A stretch of 60,630 bases of DNA, counting the filler, from Basidiobolus meristosporus CBS 931.73 (lineage: Eukaryota > Fungi > Basidiobolomycota): assembly GCA_002104905.1 (NCBI GenBank). It is 3 parts of 3 records of this genome, joined end to end, with 100 filler letters (N's around TTAATTAATTAA, not from the genome) between each part and the next. Parts side by side here need not be neighbours in the genome. Positions count along the whole stretch, not along the records: positions 30,510 to 45,461 come from MCFE01001162.1; positions 45,562 to 60,630 come from MCFE01001157.1; 1 more part is not named here. The stretch is one strand, 5' to 3'. Numbering within the stretch: the first letter of the stretch is position 1; every line of letters begins with the position of its first letter. The notes below the pieces were generated by a model. That model saw only the letters and a program-made list of their open reading frames with translations. It searched no databases and was not told where the DNA came from. Shown in pieces: positions 37,271 through 47,099 of this stretch. Position numbers and translations under genes: made by a program.

Positions 37271-38004
37271 AGACTTGTTCCGTTGGATAGTGCCACATTG
37301 AGCCATGAGTGCCAAATGATGCCATAGTGTGCCAGAGAGGCCAAGTGGGCCTTTACCTGGCCACAGAGTGTGAAACCTAGCTCTTCATCTTCATGCAAAG
37401 CAGCCCCTGTGTTTCACCCATTGTGTTGGAGAAAATCCATTTTTTGACCTTTTTTTGTGGATCAATATAGCTCAGGATGTGTAAGAGCACAGGAGAACTG
37501 AAGATATGCATCTGGTACTCAATACATATGGCACTCTGAATCTAGCTTCTGTAGCTTGTATCATGTCACAAAAATGAATGGCACTATCTTGGTCCACTGG
37601 TACTATCTGGCACTATATTTAAATATTAGCCTTAAAGTAAGACCTATACAAAGGACTTATAGTGCCATATGGTACCAGTGGACCAAGATAGTGCCGTACA
37701 CTTATGTGACATGTTACAAGCCACAGGAGCTAGATTCAGAGTGCCATGGGTATTGGGTACCAGATGTATATCTTCAATCTGCATGTGCTCTTGCACATCC
37801 TGCACAACATTGATCCAAAAAAAAAGGTCAAAAAATGGATTTTCTCCTGTGCAATGGGTGAGACACAAGGGCTGCTTTGCATGAAGATACAGAGCTATGT
37901 TTCACACTCTGTGGCCAAGTAAAGGCTCACTTGGCCTCTCTGGCACACTATGGCATCATTTGGCACTCATGGCTCAATGTGGCACTATCTAACGGAACAA
38001 GTCT
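37271..38004. mobile_element. Foldback/MITE-like non-autonomous DNA transposon, almost entirely inverted repeat
   Basis: Termini AGACTTG...CAAGTCT; arms about 345 bp, spacer about 40 bp; 3-bp TSD ATT/ATT; no ORF. Confidence 0.85.
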
Positions 38005-38146
38005 ATTATATCCTTCTCCCTGCTGGATTCTAGTCCCCCTTGTAGGTGTGCTCTGGCTTTTATTTGTGTAAATTCTGTATTGAATGGCGTAGATGTTGGC
38101 TTATGGCTGTTGTTCATCAACATTTAAAACTTAGCTTATTTTACTC

Positions 38147-38504
38147 TGTTAGAAAAGTTGTAAAAGTTTGTATTTCCACCTAAATATTCACCTAACTTAG
38201 TCACTTAGATCATTATCTTCATATCCTAGAGAATACTGACCAAATACCTTGTTGGGATTTAATTAGAATATTTTCACCAAAATACCAGGTACCCAGAACA
38301 TGAAAATTCTCAAAGTTGTCCAAACAGCCCCAAACTTTGCACATATGCTCTTGGAACCTTCCTTAACCTATTCTACATGTTTGTAATGCCATGACCATGT
38401 AAAAGTATAAATACTACTTTTACATTCAATAAATCATCAAGTGAAAACCACATAGTCAACTTGTTCTCCCAATCACTTCCAATATCTCCCAGACTCTTAC
38501 AACA
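38147..38504 (+). repeat. Copia 5' LTR (TGTT...AACA, about 358 bp)
   Basis: Followed directly by the copia-type PBS GGTTTTGAGCCC (38505-38516). Homologous LTRs occur elsewhere in the window. Confidence 0.8.
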
Positions 38505-41488
38505 GGTTTTGAGCCCCAAGCTGTCACTCTCTGCAATGTCTACTGCTGACATTACTCAAATTTTTCCCTCTGCTGAAAAGTTGGATGGATCTAACTACCA
38601 TATGTGGAAGGTGAAGATGAAGATGCTGCTACAAGAAAGAGGCCCTTGGGATATTGTCATGGGAGAAGAATGCCCACCTAAAAACATGGAAGAGGAAGCC
38701 TTAAAGTACCAGAAGAAAGAACAAAATGCCTTTAACTGCATTTGCCTCAATGTTAAAGACAAATTGATAATTCAATGCTTAAGAGCAAAAACAGCAAAGA
38801 ATGCCTGGAAGGCATTAGAAGACACCTACCAGTCATGTTCAGCTGCTAAGAGAATGTATCTGAGACAAAAATTCTTTACTACAAAGATGTTGCCAAGAGA
38901 AGAAATGAAAAATCTAATTAACAGAATTACCCTGCTGGTAGATGAGATGGAATCTGTGGGTGTACCAACTACTCATGAGGATGTGATAGTTACCATCCTG
39001 AATAGCCTGACAGACAAGTTTCAGGGCCTTGTATCAGCCCTAGAGTCCAGAACTCAAGATTTGACCTTAAATTACGTATATGGAAGGCTTCTGGATGAAG
39101 AATTAAGAAAAACAAGTGCCAATAAGAAGGAAGAAGAAAATGCTTTAATAAGCAATGATAACCAACAAAGGAGGTACCCAAGACCCTACAAAGGCAACAG
39201 CAACCTATTTTGCAACTACTGCAAAAGGAAAGGACACACATCAGACCGGTGTTTCAAAAAGAAAGATAATCAGCAAAAGAAGCCTGAATATGGAAATGCT
39301 GCAACAACTGAAGATAGACTATGCATATCTGCACTAAATATGACCACAAACAAGGAATCTCAGACGTGGTATATTGACTCTGGAGCTTCTCAACACTTTA
39401 CACACCAAAAAGAACTTTTTACCAAATATCAAGAAATTCCAATTACAAAGGTTTTCATGGGTGACAATAGAACACTTGATGCAGTGGGAGAAGGAACTAT
39501 CCAAGTAAACCTTAGAAGCAGTGAAGGAAGCCATACACTGACCTTTAAAGAAGTTCCCTATGTACCAGAAATAGCCAAGAACCTACTCTCTGTAAGCAAG
39601 GCCACAGCAGAGGGACTCAGTTTCAGTTTTGACAATTCTGGATGCAGGATCACTGATCAAAATGGTGCCCATATTGCTTTGGGCATCAGAGATCAGAATC
39701 TATACAAGTTGACTTATATTCCATCATATTTGGAAGCCAATATAAGTAACTTAAATGAAGAAACACCAATGCTTTGGCACAGGAGATTTGGACAAATCAA
39801 TTTTGATTATTTGCGCAAAATGATCAAAGATCAGCTAATTTCTGGAGTGAAAATTGATCCCCCAGCTAATTTGGAGCACTGTGAAGCCTGCATATATAGG
39901 AAACAAGCCAGAAAACCATTCAAGAGCTCTGGGTTAGTCAATACTAAGAAAAAATTAGATCAAATTCACTCAGATCTGTGTGGACCTATGCAAAATTTAT
40001 CCTTAGGCGGGATGAAGTATTTAATCACTTTTATTGATGATTATACAAAATACACATGGGTCTACTTCATGGAGAGAAAGGAAGAAGCTCTGTCTAAGTT
40101 CAGGGAGTTTAAAGCCATGGTGGAGAGAGAAACTGGTGAGAAAATCAATAAAATATGCTCTGACAATGGTGGAGAATATACCTCAAAGCTCTTCATCCAC
40201 TTCTGCAAAATTCATGGGATAAAGCAAGAGACTACTGTACCATACTCCCCACAGCAAAATGGAGTAGCAGAACAAGCTAATAGATCAATAATTGATATGG
40301 CAAGATCTATGATCCATGATCAAAAATTATCCTATGATTTTTGGGCGGAATCAGTTGCCACTGCTGCATATCTTAAAAATAGGAGTTATAACAGAATACT
40401 CCGTGATTCTACTCCATTTGAAGCATGGTATGGATACAGACCAAGTGCAGAACATCTAAGAATATTTGGGTGTACCGCATATGCCAAAAAACTGGCCGGA
40501 AATCAGTCAAAATTTGAGCCAAAAAGTGTAAAAAGCATATTTTTGGGCTACTGCAATGAGAGTAAGGCATACAGACTCTAAAATACCAAAGCAAAGAAGC
40601 TGATCAAGTCCAGGGATGTGTTGTTTGATGAAAATTCAAAATTTTTACAAAAAATGACATCAGATGATGACAAAAATTTGATCTCAAGTCCACAAATTGT
40701 CAGGATTGAGTCAGAGCAAAACAATGAAAATTTTTTCACTCCAGAGGACTCTACAACCATGGTTCAGCCAGAATCAGTGCCCAGAAATATCCCAGAAGTG
40801 ATCATTCCAGTATCAAATGCCCGGAGATCCAATTGGACAAGAAATAGCCCAAATTACTATATCAATGAGGGTACAAACATAGCCTATGCCTATTCAGTCC
40901 ATATTGAAGAGCCCCAGACTGTAAAAGAGGCCCTAAATAGCCCTCAGACAAAGTTTTGGAGATCTGCAATGACTGAGGAATATCAGGCACTGATGGAAAA
41001 TCAAACTTGGGACTTGGTCAAATTACCAATCAACCAAAAATCAATTGGATGCAGATAGGTCTTCAAGACAAAATACAAGGCTGATGGTACAGTTGAAAGA
41101 TACAAAGCAAGACTTGTAGCCAAAGGATACTCTCAAACAAAAGGACTTGACTATACTGAGACCTTTGCACCGGTAGCCAAGTTTAACTCCATCAGATTAA
41201 TATTGGCTATTGCAGCCAAATATATGTTTTTTATTCATCAAATGGATGTAAAAACTGCATTTTTGAATGGAGAACTTGATGAGGATGTGTATATGGACCA
41301 GCCTGATGGGTTTGTTGACCAAGATAACCCCCATTTGGTCCGCAAGCTTAAAAAGTCACTATATGGTCTCAAACAATCACCAAGAGCCTGGAAGTGCAAG
41401 ATAGATTCTTATTTGGAATCATTGAGTTTCAAAAGAAGCAATGCTGACTATAGTATATACTATAAGCCAGATAGAGCAAATCCAGTTC
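38147..41488 (+). mobile_element. Ty1/copia LTR retrotransposon, 3'-truncated within RT
   Basis: ATG at 38536. Gag LDGSNY, zinc knuckle CNYCKRKGHTSDRC, protease WYIDSGAS, integrase DLCGPM/DNGGEY, RT QMDVKTAFL and SLYGLKQSPRAW. In-frame stops at 40579 and 41056; ends just before YVDD. Confidence 0.95.
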
Positions 41489-44400
41489 TTAGGGGGGGAG
41501 ACGGTTACCAACAGGTGAAATCTTTATTTCAGTTGAAACAAAGAAGCCAGTGCTACTGTTGTAGCTTTGATACAAGAGTGTGTAGCTGAGGGGAATTTGT
41601 AGGTAAGTTAATAAGAAGTGATGATAGTTCTTCAGTGCTCAAGACACTGTTCAGTGGGAAGGGGGGTAGCAAGAGAGGTAAGAATGACTTGTGAACAACA
41701 TTAATGAGGGGAATGTGATAAGGATTGATATTCATCATAAAGGGAGTGTGCTGCTGCAGATATTGCTGCCAAAGGTCTGTCAAGTACTTCAGGTAGGCCA
41801 GCTTGGGTTTTTCTGACTGCAGAATATAGTGAGCAAACTTCTTGACTTCAGGATCTCCAAGTATAGTTCTCCAGCAGGTGCCAGGTGTAGTGTGGTGTGT
41901 TCTCTTCCAGGCCTTAATCAGTGGGTTGTTGCAGTTGTGAAGTCTGAGGTATAATCTGGTTCTAAGGTAGAGAAGTCTGATCTTATAGGGCATAAACCCA
42001 AAAGCACCAAGAATAGCATGTCTGTAGGGGCATTCAGGCAAATGAGGCACCAAGGAGGTAATGCACCATACTGCAAACTTGTCAAGCTTAGTGCAGTCTC
42101 TACAAGTAAGAGAGAGAAGTGGTAAGCCAAATTCCAGGACAGGGAAGACAAGCTGCTTGAGTAGAAGGAGGCAGCTGGAAGCTGAAGTTGTAGGAGGAGT
42201 AACAGCAAGCAGCTTGTGGAGTGCCTGTCTTGCCAGGATAATTCTCTTCTTCAGGTGTGCTCCAGAGTCTAGTCCAGTAGGAAGGAAAGGAAAGCCAAGA
42301 TATGTAGCTGAGACCTGAGCAGGTAGAGTGGAGTTCTCCAAGTTGATGGGAGAGCCCAAAGGTACTGTCTTTGCAATAGATAGCTGGAGATTATTCTTCT
42401 GCAGATACTGGTGGATTGTCTGGGAGTCTTGTTGCACATTGGAGGAGGATATTCTGATGTCATCAGCAAAGAGAGTAACCAGGCAGTCAGCTGAGAGTCT
42501 TGGGAAATCATTCAGGAAGATGGCAAACAGTATAGGACCAAGCACAGAGCCTTGAACTACTCCATTAGGAACTGAGAACACAGCTGATTGCTCACTTGGG
42601 TGCAGAATTCTTGCTTGTGGATCCAGAAACAGAGACCTGACAAGGAGGGTGAGAGAGGTACTGGAGAAGCATTGCAACTTGGACCAAAGCAGATTTCTGT
42701 CAACTGAATCAAAGGCCTTAGTAATATCAAATAGAACAGAGGGATAATTGCACTGGAGAGAGTGATCTTGGCTAAGAATGACTGCATATTCCAAGGAGAG
42801 GCCAGGAACAAAGCCAAACTGTGCAGGATGAAACTTGAGGGAGTCAGAGTAGAGCTCCTGAGCAAGCAGAAGCTCAAACACCTTTCTGCAGGTGGGCAGC
42901 AGAGATATTGGCCTGTAGGAGCTAGGATCCAGGTGCTTTCCTTTACCCTTGTACAGTGGCAGAACATTTGCAAAGGACCATTCCTCAGGAGTAGAAAGCT
43001 GGGCTGAGCATTGCTGGAACAGTGGAAGCAGAAGTGCAGACATGGCCTTGGTACTAGTCTTCAGAAGCTCATAGGAGATTGGGTCCACACCTGGAGCAGT
43101 AGAGTTGGGAAGCCTCTTGAGCACATTATGGATTCTCCCTTGATCAAGTGCAAGTGGGATGGGCAGAGTCTTGAAGTCAGGATGAAAGCCAGGAGTTGAG
43201 TACTGCTTTGTAGAGAAGAAGATGTTAGCCAGCTGTTCTGTTGAAGGTAACTTCCTGGAAGAGGGCCTCATTGCCCTGTAGAGTCTTGATATTGTTCTTG
43301 TTATAGAGTCAGAAGATTGCAGAGGCAAAGAACTCATAATATGATCCCAGAGCTGAGTATACAGAGTGTGGTGAATTGCCTTGGAGTGGTGTATGGCTGT
43401 CAGGAGGAGTTTCTCTGTTTTTGGGTTAGGGAAACTCAGGTAGCTTTGTTGCAGGGCTGAAACAATGGATTCCCATTTTCTTGAGGTAACAGCAGTAGTC
43501 TTGCATGGCAGTGAGAGAGAGGCAGACACCAGAATCAGATGCTTCACAAAGAGCCAGGCATAGTTGAGATCATCTGGCAGAGAAAGTAGCAAACTGGCAA
43601 GCTTCAAGTAGTTCCCAAAGTCTTTCTTCTGATTCTTGGTAGCTTTGTGGGTGAGCACAGTTAGTTTTGGCAGCTTCTTCTTCACAACTGGTTGCTTAGA
43701 AAGGGACCAGGCTGGGTGGTCAGAGGCTCTCAAGGATCCTAGCTCAGCTCCAGAGAATTGCTTAACTTCATTCACAAAGTAGAGGGCAGCAGCAGAGGGC
43801 AGATCCAGTCAACACATCTTTTCTCAGATTGAGCGCCTAGTGCTAGCAGATGGCTTTCTCTCAGGAAGTTCAGTAGGAATGTAGACCTTGGCTTCATTCT
43901 TGCAGTCAGAGTAGTCTTGTTCTCAGGATGGCGAATGTTGAGATCTCCAAGCAACATGATAGGTGTTGATATAGATTGCTGGTATTGCTGAACTTTCTGG
44001 CATATAACTTGCACTTCCTGCAGGGCAAGACTTGGAGGCAGATAGCAGAGCACCAGATTGATAGTTGGCAACTGGAGAGCAGCACAGTAAGGAGAGTAAA
44101 GAGGAACACAGAGCTGAGGAGTATTGATGGTAGAGGAGATGAAGCAGATAGAAGAGGTATTCTTTGTTCTAGGAGTAGAAAAGCAATATAAATTAGTCAA
44201 AAGTATAGAGGGTAGCTGGACATCAATCAAACACAGGAGGGAAAATCTTGAAAGAAGTCTCTCTAGAGTTGGTCTTGATGGCTGTATACTGTTGCAGTTA
44301 AGCAACAGAGCTTCAGGTAGTCAGGCAGAGGTTGTAGCTTCTTCAGAGGCAGCATTGACAATGTGACCTGCAGAGTCCCAGAGCTCTTCAAATGGTGCAT

Positions 44401-44530
44401 CACTTAAGTCAGCAAAGAGGGAAATGGCATGATTCTTGAGAAAGTATGCCACATCATAGGAGGGGGCTTGTCTCTTGATGGCAGCAAAGAAAGACAGAAT
44501 GGCAACATGGGCTGGAGGCTTGTTGAACAG
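41489..44530 (-). mobile_element. Non-LTR retrotransposon A (5'-truncated): ORF1 tail, then APE endonuclease and RT
   Basis: ORF1 remnant 44324-44530, TGA at 44321-44323, then in-frame LNCNSI...YLPPS...LLGDLN...DWI. One frameshift near 43790, then SDH and RT motifs APGVD, SYRPISLL, QFGF, DITKAFDSV, GVVQGSVLGP, FADD; stop at 41553. 3' end AATAAA-stem-loop-C7TAA. Confidence 0.93.
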
Positions 44531-44576
44531 TTAGGGGGGGGGAGGGAAAGTCACCAAGGTAGGTGAAATCTTTATT
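44531..44576 (-). mobile_element. About 45-bp 3'-terminal stub of a further element copy (C)
   Basis: TTAG9...TCACC-AAGGTA-GGTGA-AATCTTTATT, capped on its 5' side by TTAGGG repeats. Confidence 0.75.
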
Positions 44577-44593
44577 TAGGGTTAGGGTTAGGG
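44576..44593 (+). repeat. Interstitial (TTAGGG)3 between stacked elements
   Basis: ttagggttagggttaggg read directly from sequence. Confidence 0.85.
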
Positions 44594-45304
44594 GGGGGAT
44601 GATCATCACCAAAGGGTGAAATCTTTATTTAAATAATAAATAAAGAAGCCAAGTTTGAATATGAATATCTGAGATGCAGGAAGCCTACAAGATAAACTTG
44701 GACTTTGCTGTATCCCAAATATCCTCAATATCAAAGTCTAGAGGAGAGTGTAGCAAGACTGCTTGTTCACTGTAGTATTTCTTGAGGAAGTTTGTGACTT
44801 GAAGGGAAGGAGAGTTTTTCAACAAGCTGGTAAATCTTTTGAGGAGTTCTTTTTCCAGAGAGAATGGCACAAAGAGTGGAATGTCCAGATGATGTCTGAA
44901 TATATGCTCTGAGAGCTCCCAATCCAGCATATTTTTGACTTCTTCTGTAAAATCTTCAGTAATATCTTTGTCAAGAATAACTTCCAAGAGATCCCTGGCA
45001 ATGTACTGAATGTTAATAATCTTAGGCATATGAATACCTAGGTCCTTGAGGTAGTTTCTTTGTTCTGATATTGGGAGATATCCTGCATTTCTGAAATAGC
45101 AAACAGCCCAGTTGGCAGTAGGAGGAGTATCAGGGCTGACAGGGAATCTTCTTCTGGCTTTAGAGTGCACTGGCTTAGGAGACTGTCTTGATGGAAGGGC
45201 AGCTGGCTTTGGATGAGCTTGAAGTGCTTGGGAGTAGGTTTGAGTACAAGTAGTAGAAGTTCCTGGTTGCTGAGAATTTTCAGATTGACTGGATGAAGAG
45301 CTAA
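44588..45304 (-). mobile_element. ORF1-only non-autonomous element B, 5'-truncated by the telomere
   Basis: Frame open from the telomere junction (TYSQAL...) to TAG at 44685-44687. C-terminus is homologous to the ORF1 tail of element A. About 95-nt 3' UTR with the same terminal motif; no EN/RT. Confidence 0.75.
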
Positions 45305-45461
45305 TTAGGGTTAGGGTTAGGGTTAGGGTTAGGGTTAGGGTTAGGGTTAGGGTTAGGGTTAGGGTTAGGGTTAGGGTTAGGGTTAGGGTTAGGGTTAGGG
45401 TTAGGGTTAGGGTTAGGTAGGTTAGGGTTAGGGTTAGGGTTAGGGTTAGGTTAGGGTTAGG
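45305..45461 (+). repeat. Telomeric (TTAGGG)n tract, about 26 units, right chromosome end
   Basis: G-rich strand runs 5'->3' toward the block end, the orientation of a real terminus; two variant units. Confidence 0.95.
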
Positions 45462-45561
45462 NNNNNNNNNNNNNNNNNNNNNNNNNNNNNNNNNNNNNNN
45501 NNNNNTTAATTAATTAANNNNNNNNNNNNNNNNNNNNNNNNNNNNNNNNNNNNNNNNNNNN
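45462..45561. other. Artificial contig linker (N44-TTAATTAATTAA-N44)
   Basis: Identical to the first linker and follows a telomere. Confidence 0.95.
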
Positions 45562-46021
45562 AATCTTTTTTTGGGATGGATGTTGCACATGATGTGTAAG
45601 AGCACAGAAGGACTGAAGACATTCATCTGGTACTCAATACATATAGCACTCTGAATCCAGCTCCTGTGGCTTATAACATATCACAAAAATGCATGGCACT
45701 ATCTGGCACAATATTTCAATATTAACCTTAAAGTAAGATCTATACAAAGCACTTATAGTGCCAGATAGCTCCAGTGGACCAAGATAGTGTTTACTCCTTC
45801 TGTCCTCTTACACATCATACACAACATTCATCCCAAAAAAAAGGTTAAAAAATGGATTTTCTCCAGCACAATGGGTGAAACACAGGGGCTGCTTTGCATG
45901 ACAATGTATAACTATGCTTCACACTCTGTGGCCAAGTATAAGTCCACATGGCCTCCCTGGCACACTATGGTATCATTTGGCACTCATGGCTCAATGTGGC
46001 ACTATCCAACAGAACAAGTCT
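45562..46021. mobile_element. Partial copy of the foldback element
   Basis: Right arm ending ...aacagaaCAAGTCT; left end lost in the linker. Confidence 0.75.
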
Positions 46022-46383
46022 ATTGTAAGCACTGTTGAACAGCCACTGCAGTCTACTCCAAGGGAGATCCCTGGTCAAGCTGCTCTGCTAATGTAATAGC
46101 TACTTCACAGCAAGCTGAATCAAGCTTGGAAGCAAGGTTACATACACACCATTGTTCAGTAACAGGATCTATCTTACATATACTCCTAATATTTCTTTAG
46201 CATGAGCTTGAATACCATTAAGGGGAAATGACACACTGATCCATACAGTAGCATGGCTGACTGACTGAGGCCACAGACAAAGCTGGATATGGAGGACTGT
46301 ATGGTATGCTTAATCAAGGGCAATCATCCAGAAATCCCTTTGGAACTCTGCCAGTTAGTTCCAGGTATTTCTTGGAAATCTAT

Positions 46384-47077
46384 AGACTTGTACTGTTAGA
46401 TAGTGCCACATTGAGCCATGAGTGCCAAATGATGCCATAGTGTGCCAGGGAGGCCAAATAAACATATACTTGGCCACAAAGTGTGAAACATAAATCAGCA
46501 TCGTCATGCAAATCAGCCCCTGAGTTTCACCCACAGTGTTGGAGAAAATCCATTTTTTGACCTTTTTTTTGGGCCAATGTTGTGCAGGATGTGTAAGAGC
46601 ACAAAATGATTGAAGACATGCATCAAGTACTCAATACCCATGGCACTCTGAATCCAGCTCCTGTGGCTTGTAACATGTCACAAAAAGGCACGGCACTATC
46701 TTGGTCCACTGGTACTATCAGGCACTATGTTTAATTATTAGCCCTAAAGTAAGATCTATAGAAAGCACTTATAGTGCCAGTGGACCAAGATAGTGCCGTG
46801 CCTTTTTGTGACATGTTACAAGCCACAGGAGCTGGATTCAGAGTGCCATGGGTATTGAGTACTTGATGCATGTCTTCAATCATTTTGTGCTCTTACACAT
46901 CCTGCACAACATTGGCCCAAAAAAAAAGGTCAAAAAATGGATTTTCTCCTGCATCATAGGTGAAACACAGGGGCTGCTTTGCATGAAAATGCATCACTAT
47001 ATTTCACACTCTGTGGCCAAGTATAGGCTCATTTGGCACTCATGGCTCAATGTGGCACTATCCAACAGAACAAGTCT
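46384..47077. mobile_element. Complete foldback element copy
   Basis: AGACTTG...CAAGTCT termini, TSD TAT/TAT, long inverted arms. Confidence 0.85.
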
Positions 47078-47099
47078 TATATGTTATCTACCTGATATC

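Noticed and set aside
41553-44305. Terminal element as Penelope/Coprina-like, MoTeR-like or telomerase RT
   Set aside because: It has an N-terminal APE domain (GDLN, D, SDH) and LINE-type RT motifs, with no visible C-terminal restriction-like domain.
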